From: Poseidonia sp.
GTDB taxonomy: Archaea > Thermoplasmatota > Poseidoniia > Poseidoniales > Poseidoniaceae
Direction of reading: 5' to 3'
DNA length: 64,000 nucleotides
NCBI GenBank assembly: GCA_016778305.1
Contig: JADHPT010000001.1
Coordinates: 64,320-128,319, forward strand
Both the position numbers and the translations under genes were made by a program. This document shows positions 31,758 to 41,586 of the stretch, in pieces (positions within the stretch are counted from its first letter, which is position 1; each line of letters starts with the position of its first letter). The notes under the pieces were generated by a model. It ran no database searches and was not told the origin of the DNA. It was given only the letters and a program-made list of their open reading frames with translations.

Positions 31758-33233
31758 TCATCCCTTGATGACAGCAAGCGGGTTCATTTTGGCCACCGGT
31801 CGAGCAAGACCAGCCTGAGCAGTCAGTCGAATCACGTCATCAACGTCTTTGTAGGCACTTGGTGCCTCTTCTGAAAGGACATTGGGCGTTGATGCATGTA
31901 TTCGTATGCCGCTGGCCTCCAATTCCCGTTTGAGTGCTTTACCATCGATTGTCTTCTTGGCCTGTGCCCTTGAGAGGGCTCGTCCTGCTCCATGACATGA
32001 GGATCCGAAAGCTTGGTTTGGTCCTTGGTTCGGACCTGCCATAATCCAGGACCCGTTGCCCATATCTCCGGGAACAATCACAGGTTGTCCACTGGTAGTA
32101 AATCTCGATGCGAGTTCTTGATGCCCCGCGTCAAATGCTCTTGTTGCACCTTTTCTATGGACAACACAATTGCATTGACGCCCGTGTACGTTGTGGGTTT
32201 CAATCTTGGCAATATTATGGGCAACGTCGTAGAGTGTTGTTGCTTCTCCATCAACTCCCATTTCCAGTCTGAGCACGGTTCGTAGTCGGTGAGCGAGAAC
32301 ACTTCGGTTGGCAAATGCAAAGTTCGCTGCAGCATTCATTGAATCGAGGTAAGCCATACCTTCTCGCGAATGTATGGGGGCTGCGGCGAGTTGGCGGTCT
32401 GGTAATTCATAGCCCCACTGCTCATTTACCCAGCGATCTCCATCTTTGGCATAGGATGCTTCGAGTTGCCGCACGTGGTCCGTGCAAACTTGGTGCCCGA
32501 GTCCTCTGCTTCCTGAGTGAATCATGGCAACAACTTGATCTTCAAACAGACCCCATTGTTTTGCAGTTGCTTCATCCACCACGTCACTGACCGTTTGAAG
32601 TTCAAGGAAGTGGTTGCCGCTGCCTAAGGTGCCAAGGGACTTCATCCCTCGCTCCATCGCTCGCTTTGAGATCGCAGCCTCTTCAGTTTCAAGCCGCCCT
32701 CTTGATTCAATGGTTGCGAGGTCGTCATGCTGACCATAGCCAAGATCGACGGTAGCCTCCGCACCATGGTGCAAAATTTCTTGTAAATTTGAGGCAGTGA
32801 TGTCCACACCGCCTTTACCTGAACCCCCGGCAGGAACTCGTCCTGCGATCCGTCCCGCTAATTTACGAAGATTCGGGATGTCGTCCTTTGTTGCTTCAAG
32901 AGCGAGGAATCGTACACCACAGTTGATGTCAAAACCAACACCGCCAGGCGATATTGCACCGCCTAATTCACCAGCATCAACATCCGTTGCGACAACACCT
33001 CCAATCGGAAATCCGTACCCGTAGTGCCAGTCAGCCATCGCCCAGGCTTCTCCAACGATACCCGGGAGCGAAGCAGTGTTCACCAATTGCTCTGGCCCAC
33101 GATCGTCTGCGTGCTGTTGCATGTGTTGGGCATCGGTAACCATTCTGGCATCGACTTTCATCATGCCGTGGGCTTTGATCCGCATCGTCCCGTCGCCTTC
33201 ATCGACGAGATGTTCCCGCCATGTTGGAGGCAT
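31758..33233 (-). CDS. rtcB: RNA-splicing ligase RtcB (tRNA ligase)
   Basis: GSGNHFLELQ, HNVHGRQCNCVVHRKGATRA and SSCHGAGR match the RtcB metal- and GTP-binding motifs; no intein. Confidence 0.85.
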   Translation of the reverse strand: MPPTWREHLVDEGDGTMRIKAHGMMKVDARMVTDAQHMQQHADDRGPEQLVNTASLPGIVGEAWAMADWHYGYGFPIGGVVATDVDAGELGGAISPGGVGFDINCGVRFLALEATKDDIPNLRKLAGRIAGRVPAGGSGKGGVDITASNLQEILHHGAEATVDLGYGQHDDLATIESRGRLETEEAAISKRAMERGMKSLGTLGSGNHFLELQTVSDVVDEATAKQWGLFEDQVVAMIHSGSRGLGHQVCTDHVRQLEASYAKDGDRWVNEQWGYELPDRQLAAAPIHSREGMAYLDSMNAAANFAFANRSVLAHRLRTVLRLEMGVDGEATTLYDVAHNIAKIETHNVHGRQCNCVVHRKGATRAFDAGHQELASRFTTSGQPVIVPGDMGNGSWIMAGPNQGPNQAFGSSCHGAGRALSRAQAKKTIDGKALKRELEASGIRIHASTPNVLSEEAPSAYKDVDDVIRLTAQAGLARPVAKMNPLAVIKG

Positions 33234-33359
33234 GGTCGTTCCTGTATTCGGCTGGCTTTGAGGCTTTTCACAAAGTGGTTCAGATGGAGTAGAGTCAACA
33301 CAGGCTTGAAGGGGGGGTTCGTTGTGGACGAAGCATCCACACTGGAGGGATGAAGTTTC

Positions 33360-36209
33360 ATGGCATTACCACCCATTGATTTGGCGGTGTTCCATGCAAA
33401 TGGCTTTGTTCGCAAACAATGCAGCGTTACTGAACTTTGGTTTTGGACTTGTGATGAATCACGTGAGACCTGTGGAGACACCGCACAAGATGAATACACC
33501 TTCATTGGAGCTCCGCTTATCGATGGCTTTGAACAGCGAGGCAAAGCCCTCAAAGATGCCATGAGGGAAGCCTTTCTCCAATTCTTTGAGCATGCAGGAC
33601 ATCATCGTGTTGAACCTTATCCAGTCCTCGCACGTTGGAGAGATGATATCCATCTGACGATTGCATCGATTGCAGACTTCCAACCTCACGTGACCTCAGG
33701 CATGGTCGACCCGCCAGCAAATCCTCTCACCATCTCTCAACCCTGCATACGTCTGACCGATGTAGACGCCGTTGGACGCTCAGGCCGCCACTTGACAACG
33801 TTCGAAATGATGGCTCACCATGTGTTCAATCGACCGGATGATGGTGAGGTTATCTACTGGATGGAAGAATGTGTTGAACAATGCCATACCATGCTTACCA
33901 AGACTTTTGGTATCGACGCCAATGAGATCACTTATGTCGAAAATCCATGGTGCGGCGGTGGGAATGCAGGAGCTGCGGTGGAAGTGATTGTTGGGGGGCT
34001 TGAACTCGCCACTCTGGTCTTCATGGATATGGAGGAGCATCCCGAAGGGGATGTTGAACTCAAAGGCGATCGCTACCAAAAAATGGCCTTGCAGATTATT
34101 GATACCGGATACGGACTGGAGCGTTTTTGTTGGGCTGCTGCAGGGACACCGACCATCTACGAAGCAATCTATCCAGAAACAGTGGCTTGGCTCAAAGAAC
34201 TCTCGGGCTTTGAAACGGTATCAAACCAATGGCCTTCTCTCGACTTGGAGCGATTGTTGGGGGAAATGAGTCGGCTTAACGGTATCATGAATATCGAAGC
34301 CGGAGTGGACGGCGACGAACTCGTTTCTATCTTCCTTACACGCCTCAAGCAACGAGGTATCGAGATTACCGCAGAACAATTCTCAGGAATTACGTCTCCT
34401 CTCGCTAACATTTACGCCATTCCCGACCACCTTCACGCACTGTGCAATATGCTTGGTGACGGGCTTGTTCCTTCCAATGCAAAAGCGGGATACCTCGCTC
34501 GAATGCTGGCTCGACGTGTGCTGCGCATGCGAGATGAACTCAAACTTGATGTCACACTGAAAGATCTTGCTCAACATCATTTAGACGTCAATTTGGACGG
34601 CCATCTCAATAAGCAACATAGGGAAGGACTTCTCATCATTTTAGGTTTGGAAGAAGAGCGCTATGCAGAAATGTTGAGGAAAGGTAAGAATGTAATCAAT
34701 ACTCAATTCAAGGACGTTGACCAGAATGCAACTGACATTCCTGATGGGATTCTCTTCACCCTCAATGATTCGCACGGCCTTGCCCCGGATATTGTTGTCA
34801 ACCTTGCTCGTGATGCGGGATGGAAGAGCGTCACTCTGCGTACTGGATTCAACGCTGAAATGGCCGAACGACATGCGAAATTAGCAAAGGATGCTGCTAA
34901 CTCCACTGAATCAACGACCACATCCTTGGATGTTTCCGCCTATCCTGCAACGACGGCCTCATATTATGATGACGTGTATGCGACAACATTTGAGGCCTCT
35001 GTACTTGATTGCAAGGAAGTCAACGAGCGTGAAGGACCCAAAGGTGCTTCACATGTCATTGTACTCAACACGTCACACTTCTACCCTGAAGGTGGTGGAC
35101 AGGAAGGTGACCACGGTGTACTCGTACAGGGTACGACCACCGTACGGGTGATTGATACTCAATCCTCGGGAGGTGTCATTCTCCATTACACGGATGGATT
35201 GCTCACCACTGGCAAATCTGTAGCAGGTGAAATCGATTGGATTCGTCGGAAACAATTGATGGATCACCACACTGCAGTCCATATCGTAGGTGGCGCAGCC
35301 CGTCATTTACTTGGCCCGCATATCTTCCAAGCAGGTTCGCATCTCTCCGTCGATAGCGGCCGACTTGACATTACGCATTATCACCGCTTAGGTCGGGAAG
35401 ACCTTGATGCAATTGAAACCATGTCAAACATGATTCTCGCCCAAGTCCGTACAACGGAAAAATCGGAACTCAACCGAAAGGATGCGGACCTTGAGCATGG
35501 ATTTGACCTCTATCAAGGCGGTGCTCCAAAAGGAGACTCGATCCGTATATTGAAAATTGCAGACCATGACACTCAGGCATGTGGTGGTACTCATCACGAC
35601 GAACCGGGTCAAATTGGTTCCATCCGTCTGGTTCGGTCCACTGCCGTACAAGATGGTGTTGAGCGCCTGCATATTGTTGCAGGTCATGCAGCATTGACCT
35701 ATGCTCGCACACAAGATGAACTCGTAAGGTCCACGAGTGAGGTTTTCGGAATTCATGCTGCGGACTTACCCAAAACAGCAGAACGCTTCTTTTCAGAATG
35801 GAAAGACCAGCGCAAACAAATTGAACACCTTGAAGCGGAAATCGTTCGCCTACGAACCAGTGGAGGGGGCAATGATACTGCTGAGATTGACGGGGTTCGA
35901 ATCGTTATCATGGAAGTTGACGGCGACCTGAAAGCTATGACGAAGATGCTGAAAGAACTTACTCTTGATGCTAACAATCCCACCCTAGCAGTCCTGGGTT
36001 CAAAGGACGGTGGCGGGAAATTAATGGTGGCAGTAACAGAAGGTTCTGCCGCAAGTGAACGATACAACGCTGTTGACATGCTCCGATTGATTTCACCTCA
36101 CATCAAAGGAGGTGGAGGTGGACGCCCTACACTCGCACAGGGTGGTGGTTCTCATCCAGAAGGCCTCGGTGATGCACTTGCAGCTGCCAAAGACCATCTC
36201 GGTCTTTGA
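33360..36209 (+). CDS. alaS: alanyl-tRNA synthetase
   Basis: The N-terminus GFVRKQC...FWT...RETCGD...YPVLARWRDD...FQPHV..PPANPL matches archaeal AlaRS almost motif for motif. The editing-domain HTAVH and CGGTHHDEP (HxxxH/CxxxH zinc site) are present. 949 aa. Confidence 0.9.
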   Translation: MALPPIDLAVFHANGFVRKQCSVTELWFWTCDESRETCGDTAQDEYTFIGAPLIDGFEQRGKALKDAMREAFLQFFEHAGHHRVEPYPVLARWRDDIHLTIASIADFQPHVTSGMVDPPANPLTISQPCIRLTDVDAVGRSGRHLTTFEMMAHHVFNRPDDGEVIYWMEECVEQCHTMLTKTFGIDANEITYVENPWCGGGNAGAAVEVIVGGLELATLVFMDMEEHPEGDVELKGDRYQKMALQIIDTGYGLERFCWAAAGTPTIYEAIYPETVAWLKELSGFETVSNQWPSLDLERLLGEMSRLNGIMNIEAGVDGDELVSIFLTRLKQRGIEITAEQFSGITSPLANIYAIPDHLHALCNMLGDGLVPSNAKAGYLARMLARRVLRMRDELKLDVTLKDLAQHHLDVNLDGHLNKQHREGLLIILGLEEERYAEMLRKGKNVINTQFKDVDQNATDIPDGILFTLNDSHGLAPDIVVNLARDAGWKSVTLRTGFNAEMAERHAKLAKDAANSTESTTTSLDVSAYPATTASYYDDVYATTFEASVLDCKEVNEREGPKGASHVIVLNTSHFYPEGGGQEGDHGVLVQGTTTVRVIDTQSSGGVILHYTDGLLTTGKSVAGEIDWIRRKQLMDHHTAVHIVGGAARHLLGPHIFQAGSHLSVDSGRLDITHYHRLGREDLDAIETMSNMILAQVRTTEKSELNRKDADLEHGFDLYQGGAPKGDSIRILKIADHDTQACGGTHHDEPGQIGSIRLVRSTAVQDGVERLHIVAGHAALTYARTQDELVRSTSEVFGIHAADLPKTAERFFSEWKDQRKQIEHLEAEIVRLRTSGGGNDTAEIDGVRIVIMEVDGDLKAMTKMLKELTLDANNPTLAVLGSKDGGGKLMVAVTEGSAASERYNAVDMLRLISPHIKGGGGGRPTLAQGGGSHPEGLGDALAAAKDHLGL

Positions 36210-36215
36210 ACATCG

Positions 36216-36938
36216 TTAACGATTGAGGCTGCGTAATGCTTCTCTATCGAAATGTGACACGGCTTGTTCGAGGGCATCTTGAGGTGAAAACCAAGCGGCT
36301 GCGGCGATTTCCTCGGTTTGCAATGTCAATTCATCAAGCGACCCGTTCCATGTCGAACGGTAGGTGAACGATACGAAGGATATTCCTTCATCATTGAAGA
36401 TGTTTTGAGTGATGACGGGTTCTTGGTCAGTGAGTACGATCTCGAGTCCGAGTTCTTCCAGAGTCTCACGAACACAACCTATTGCAGGGTGTTCATCGTG
36501 ATCCATGTACCCTCCTGGTAGAGTCCAAAACCCTCTAAAATGCCCTCGTTCAACCTGTGCCATGAGTACATCTCCATCGTTATTTTGAACCATGACCTTG
36601 GATACCAAGCGATGTATGGAGCGGTAAATTGCCTCCCTTGTCACTGGATGAACACGGTTGTCAGAAATGCAATCATCCTTCCATGCCCATTGTTTAGGCC
36701 AACCAATATTGGGATAACCTTTCACGACCTGTATTTCTTCTTGACCAAAGCGTATGGTTGTCAAACCCTTTCGCTCATACTCCATTCCCAAATTCACTAT
36801 TTCCCCATGTGTCGGAAAGCGAAGTGAGCCCCCATGGCTCATCCGTCCTTTCTCTGGCATCATGGGGCCTTTACCGGATTCATCAACAAGAAGGACCTTC
36901 CCGTCATGTTCGAGATAAATGACTTCCTTGGGATGCAT
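36216..36938 (-). CDS. NUDIX hydrolase with an N-terminal extension
   Basis: The Nudix box GGYMDHDEHPAIGCVRETLEELGLEI fits Gx5Ex7REUxEExGU. Confidence 0.7.
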   Translation of the reverse strand: MHPKEVIYLEHDGKVLLVDESGKGPMMPEKGRMSHGGSLRFPTHGEIVNLGMEYERKGLTTIRFGQEEIQVVKGYPNIGWPKQWAWKDDCISDNRVHPVTREAIYRSIHRLVSKVMVQNNDGDVLMAQVERGHFRGFWTLPGGYMDHDEHPAIGCVRETLEELGLEIVLTDQEPVITQNIFNDEGISFVSFTYRSTWNGSLDELTLQTEEIAAAAWFSPQDALEQAVSHFDREALRSLNR

Positions 36939-36987
36939 GGTAGGTCCACGTCCTCAACTGTCAAGAAGGCTCGTACGGTTGGGCATT

Positions 36988-38229
36988 CTACTCATCTTCT
37001 TGTTCAAGAATGGACGGTAGGCGGAGATCTTCCGCAACCCTTTGTGGTTCAACCAGTGATTTTGTTTGATTGACATGGATGCCCAGTTCCTCCAATTTCT
37101 TACCTTGCGGGAGAACATTTCGATCCCAAGATCCAACTGCTTTGTTGTAGTATTCAGTTGCCTTGTCCAAACGTTTCCCGACTTCAGCAAAGTGTGAACT
37201 CCATGTTGCCATTCGCTTGTAGAATTCTTGTGATACGCCCACCACCTGTGCGGCTTCTTCTGCGAAACGCACTTGTTGCCAATACAGTGCTGCAGTTTTG
37301 AGCAAGGCAATCATTGAAGCAGGCCCTGATATGATGACGCCTCTATCCATGGCATCGGAGTGCATGGATGGGTCCATCTCAAAGGCAGATGAAATGAGGG
37401 CTTCTGAAGGTACAAACATCACCACGAATTCAGCGCGTCCGCTCACTCCTGAAAGGTAGTCCTTACGGGCAAGTTCAGTTACACGCCCGCGCATTGATTT
37501 TGCATGGAGTGCGAGTTTTGCTGCTCTTAATTCAGGGTCTTCTTGATCGAGTGATTCTAGGTAGTGTTTGGCTGTGGTTTTTGCATCGATAGGTATCGCA
37601 CCGTTGCCAGGCAGGTTTACAACAAAATCTGGACGGTTTCCATGTTCATCCCCTTGCTGTTCAAAGAAATCTGTGTTCTTTGTCATGCCAGCCATTTCAA
37701 GCAAATTTTTCAATGCCACTTCTCCCCAATCACCACGAACGCTCGAACTCTTTCTGAGTGCGGTTGAGAGTGCATTTGCCTCTTTACCCAATCGATGTGT
37801 ATTTTGTTCTAATAATTCCATGTGACGCTTCATTCCTTGGTAGGCATTCAAGCGTTCCTTTTCTAAATCTCTTGACATCTGATCCAGGCTCGAAAGTGAC
37901 TCAGTCATTGGTTTCATGAGGTCTTCCATCTCCTTCTTCCTTGCTTCATGATCTTTTTCTGCCGAGGTTGTTACACGTCCAAGACGTTCTTCGGCTAGCT
38001 GAAGAAAGGTTTCTGAGTTTTGTTGCGATACTCGATTGGCAACATTTTCCATTTGCGCCTCTAAGAGTTTAGATTTTTCTTCAAAAACTCGTTCACGTGC
38101 CGTTGCGTCCGCTTCCGCTAGGGCCATATTCATACCGAATCGGTTCTTCGCCAACAGCCATCCAAGGGCAGTTCCTAGGAGACAACCAATGACCAAAAAA
38201 CCGTATTCCACTATTCCCGCCATGTCCAT
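36988..38229 (-). CDS. rmuC: RmuC-family DNA recombination protein (N-terminal TM, coiled coil, C-terminal RmuC nuclease-like domain)
   Basis: N-terminal hydrophobic helix, a long coiled-coil region, and a C-terminal domain with IPIDAKTT, FVVMFVPSEAL and AAL motifs typical of RmuC/YigN. Confidence 0.65.
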   Translation of the reverse strand: MDMAGIVEYGFLVIGCLLGTALGWLLAKNRFGMNMALAEADATARERVFEEKSKLLEAQMENVANRVSQQNSETFLQLAEERLGRVTTSAEKDHEARKKEMEDLMKPMTESLSSLDQMSRDLEKERLNAYQGMKRHMELLEQNTHRLGKEANALSTALRKSSSVRGDWGEVALKNLLEMAGMTKNTDFFEQQGDEHGNRPDFVVNLPGNGAIPIDAKTTAKHYLESLDQEDPELRAAKLALHAKSMRGRVTELARKDYLSGVSGRAEFVVMFVPSEALISSAFEMDPSMHSDAMDRGVIISGPASMIALLKTAALYWQQVRFAEEAAQVVGVSQEFYKRMATWSSHFAEVGKRLDKATEYYNKAVGSWDRNVLPQGKKLEELGIHVNQTKSLVEPQRVAEDLRLPSILEQEDE

Positions 38230-38248
38230 AGTATAGCGTCAACAGTAT

Positions 38249-39013
38249 TTGATGAATGCTAAGGTCTCAAAGTTCAAAGCATACCGTGCGCCCCCATCCA
38301 CTATGCGATTTGAGCAATTGAATGAAGGAGTCTGGGCTATGACCTACTTGATTGCCGATGAGGCCACCAACGAAGCGGCACTCGTTGACCCCGTCTATGA
38401 CTATCTTGACAGATATACCTCCCTTCTTGAATCAGAGGGATTAACACTTCGTTACGCCATCGCAAGCCACACACATGCAGACCACATTACAGCGTGCTTT
38501 TCCCTTCAACAACAGACGAATTGTGAATATGTGATGTCCACCGAAACCGCGAGCCTCGGGGTTACGCGATACGTTGAAGATGAAGAAAAAATCATGCTCG
38601 GTTCAATACCGATACAATTTCATTTCTCTCCCGGCCATACCAACGATTCGATGATTGTCCACGTGCCTGGCTACATGATGACTGGCGATTTCCTCTTCAA
38701 TGGTGAAGGCGGAGTAGGGAGAGACGACCTGCCAAGTGGTCGCACTCACATCCATTGGGATGCACTTTCAGTGCTTGAGAGATTTCAAGGATCCACCATC
38801 GTTTGCTCGGGTCATGAACCCCCCGGCACAGAAATGAAAAGTCTGGATTGGAATCGTGACCACAATCCAATTCTATCCATGGATTCCTTTGAGGAATTCG
38901 ATGCATGGCAGCGGGCGAGCGCAGAAAAACTCGGCGGTGTTTCAAAAATTAAAGTTGCAGTACCTGCGAATATATTCGCTGAATTACCCGAAGTCATCCC
39001 TTGGCTGCAGTAA
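38249..39013 (+). CDS. metallo-beta-lactamase-fold hydrolase (glyoxalase II-like)
   Basis: HTHADH metal-binding motif, and downstream His/Asp in GHTNDS...CSGHEPPG. The real start may be the internal Met near 38303. Confidence 0.7.
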   Translation: MMNAKVSKFKAYRAPPSTMRFEQLNEGVWAMTYLIADEATNEAALVDPVYDYLDRYTSLLESEGLTLRYAIASHTHADHITACFSLQQQTNCEYVMSTETASLGVTRYVEDEEKIMLGSIPIQFHFSPGHTNDSMIVHVPGYMMTGDFLFNGEGGVGRDDLPSGRTHIHWDALSVLERFQGSTIVCSGHEPPGTEMKSLDWNRDHNPILSMDSFEEFDAWQRASAEKLGGVSKIKVAVPANIFAELPEVIPWLQ

Positions 39014-40213
39014 TCACTTTCGCAACGGATTTGCCGGTGCATCGGTGTCAACCGGTACGGAAGGTAAGTTTTGTAAATCCTCGAATGACAATTGCGTGGT
39101 GTTGACCATATCAAATCTTGAAAGTCGCTCTTCCATCTCCATTCGAACGTTGAAATCAATCCGACCCTTTGTCCTTGTGAGGTCATAGGATAGAGGTCCC
39201 ATCGACCCAACTACTTGGGCTTCAAACTCTTGTCGAACACGTTCTCCACGCCACGAAGAGTACCCCCAGCGGTACGAGATTCCAACGATGGCAGCGCCAT
39301 AGAGAAGCGTTAGTACAACCGTGGCGAACAGAATCGGATTGCCTCCTACATCTCTTGACTCCTCGAGGAGATTTCGCCCAAGAAGGAACAAAAGCCCGAT
39401 GCCAACGATTGGATTGAGTACTCCCTCTAGCCATTGATTAACTGGAACAAGCCTTCCCTTTGCTGGGTCAACAAAGACCAAATCGGCTTCAAAGGCTGTG
39501 TTGAGGACAGAAAGAATTGATAGCAGGACCATGTAAAGAATGGAGGAAACAATAAATTCGATGGTCCAAGATTCCAAACTCAGCAACCAATGGACAATCA
39601 ACCATGCAAAAAGGCCAAGGAAAGCTGCTTGAGGCACGTAGTTGAAGTGTTCAATGTGCTGTGAAAATTCGGTTAATGATTTTCTATTCTCGCGTGTCCC
39701 TCGATGCGGTTTCGGTATGTGTATCACCTGCCAATGCATCAAGCGTTCAATGGTCTGTAAAATCCATATGAGCAGTCCTTTCCGAATCAGGACATATTCC
39801 ATCAAGAGCATGAATGGGAATCCAATGAGAATCAGAGGTAGCGCCATGATTGCAGAAAGCGGAAGAATCAGCAAGGCTGGCAATAAGAGAAAATGTGAGA
39901 TGGTCAAGGGGTGAAGTAATTCAGCCTCGATCAATCGCTGTTTTGCAGGAGATATTCTCAGGTTTCTCGCTATGTCATCAAGGGTTTGTGAAAACGAGGA
40001 AACTTGGTGACCTGAATCCACAATTTGGCGCACAACCGTCCGATATTCCGACACCTCGTGGCCGATACCAACCCATAACTGCCAGGCTAACCGCATGGGA
40101 AGCGCTAAAATGAGTGGAAGTGCGAGGATTCCAGCACCCCACAACAACTCTTGGACCTCGCTTGCCATGGTCATCTCCATGTCGGCCAAAGGGTGGGGGT
40201 TGTTGAAAAGCAC
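39014..40213 (-). CDS. hypothetical polytopic membrane protein
   Basis: 399-aa ORF with about 8 hydrophobic helices; no motif recognised. Confidence 0.45.
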   Translation of the reverse strand: MLFNNPHPLADMEMTMASEVQELLWGAGILALPLILALPMRLAWQLWVGIGHEVSEYRTVVRQIVDSGHQVSSFSQTLDDIARNLRISPAKQRLIEAELLHPLTISHFLLLPALLILPLSAIMALPLILIGFPFMLLMEYVLIRKGLLIWILQTIERLMHWQVIHIPKPHRGTRENRKSLTEFSQHIEHFNYVPQAAFLGLFAWLIVHWLLSLESWTIEFIVSSILYMVLLSILSVLNTAFEADLVFVDPAKGRLVPVNQWLEGVLNPIVGIGLLFLLGRNLLEESRDVGGNPILFATVVLTLLYGAAIVGISYRWGYSSWRGERVRQEFEAQVVGSMGPLSYDLTRTKGRIDFNVRMEMEERLSRFDMVNTTQLSFEDLQNLPSVPVDTDAPANPLRK

Positions 40214-40268
40214 GGTTCAACTTCACGCTAAGCGAATGTTCTAACACCCTCTTTGACTGAGCGGCTGC

Positions 40269-41252
40269 ATGGCGAAGATTGCAGTCACGGATGGCATGGA
40301 CAAAAAGGCCGTACTTTGGCTCGAGAAAGCCGGACATGAGGTCATCAATTCACCTATTACTCCTGATGAATTACTCCATGATGGTCTCCATGGTTTCGAC
40401 GCAATTATTGTTCGCAGTGCGACGAAACTAACCCGCGAGGTCATCGATGCAGCAGGTGAGAGTCTTCGTGCCATAGGCCGTGCAGGGGTGGGTGTTGACA
40501 ACATCGATTTAGAAGCCGCGGGAACCAAAGGTATTGCAGTGGTAAATGCACCGATAGCGAGCACGCAATCCGTTGTTGAATTAACACTCGGACACCTTCT
40601 CGCATCCATTCGTCATCTCCCACGCGCAGATCGTTCACTCCGAGAGGGTCGTTGGGCTAAAAAGGAAATGAAGGGATCAGAACTTTCCGGTAAAGTTCTG
40701 GGTCTTATCGGCTTTGGAAGAATCGCTCAATCTGTGGGCAGAATTGCTCAAACCATCGGAATGGAAGTACACGCTTACGATCCATATTTGCCACCCAAAA
40801 TTGCTAAATCTCAGGGCACACGGTTGCATAGATCAATCGATGCACTCTTTTCAAACTGCACCCACATCTCCATTCACTGCAATCTCACGGATGAAACAAG
40901 GCATCTCGTAAATGCTGATCGGATTCGTTCCATGCCCCAAATTGGTCTCGACGGCGCCCCTTGCGGCAATCACATCATCAATTGTGCACGAGGAGGTATC
41001 GTTGATGAGGAAGCGGTTCTCGAAGCCCTTGAATCTGGATCATTGACTTCCGCTGCTCTTGATGTGTTTGAAATTGAGCCGGTTGACCCCGCTCACCCAC
41101 TTCTTCAGATGGAACATTTTCACGGCACTCCCCACATCGGGGCATCAACCGTTGAAGCCCAAGCACGAGTAGGCCTCGACATTGCAAAAAATGTGGACGC
41201 AATATTGAATAAAAAAGCGTGTGAATTTATTGTGAATCAACAGTATTTGTGA
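40269..41252 (+). CDS. serA: D-isomer-specific 2-hydroxyacid dehydrogenase (short-form D-3-phosphoglycerate dehydrogenase-like)
   Basis: NAD-binding GLIGFGRIAQSVGR, the catalytic-region INCARGGIVDEEA and HIGASTVEAQ. No C-terminal ACT domain. Confidence 0.75.
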   Translation: MAKIAVTDGMDKKAVLWLEKAGHEVINSPITPDELLHDGLHGFDAIIVRSATKLTREVIDAAGESLRAIGRAGVGVDNIDLEAAGTKGIAVVNAPIASTQSVVELTLGHLLASIRHLPRADRSLREGRWAKKEMKGSELSGKVLGLIGFGRIAQSVGRIAQTIGMEVHAYDPYLPPKIAKSQGTRLHRSIDALFSNCTHISIHCNLTDETRHLVNADRIRSMPQIGLDGAPCGNHIINCARGGIVDEEAVLEALESGSLTSAALDVFEIEPVDPAHPLLQMEHFHGTPHIGASTVEAQARVGLDIAKNVDAILNKKACEFIVNQQYL

Positions 41253-41316
41253 TACTTTCAGTTTCACAAAACGGGTCAAGCGAAAGCATCTCGTCCTCCC
41301 GTTGGACAAGTAGCGT

Positions 41317-41586
41317 ATGGGTCGAAGTGTGCCACCATGGCGAACGAGAGCAGATGCTGAATTGAACGCCTTAATGCCCTTTCATCGGGCGCTTCCATCC
41401 AATGAACGGCTTCTGCTTGATCAGTTGGTCAATGACGTTCGCCAACGAAGATCTGCAGGTGGGATGCTGCCCGCACACAATACATGGCAACCGGTTGTTC
41501 TCAGCATGCTTATTGGAGTGATGAAGCGCCTTGAGGACCTATCCAATCGGATTGCTGCACTGGAAGAGATGACGAATGACGATTGA
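41317..41586 (+). CDS. hypothetical small helical protein (89 aa) overlapping the start of the PolB-like gene by 11 nt
   Basis: The ORF is translationally coupled to the downstream gene; no motif recognised. Confidence 0.4.
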   Translation: MGRSVPPWRTRADAELNALMPFHRALPSNERLLLDQLVNDVRQRRSAGGMLPAHNTWQPVVLSMLIGVMKRLEDLSNRIAALEEMTNDD

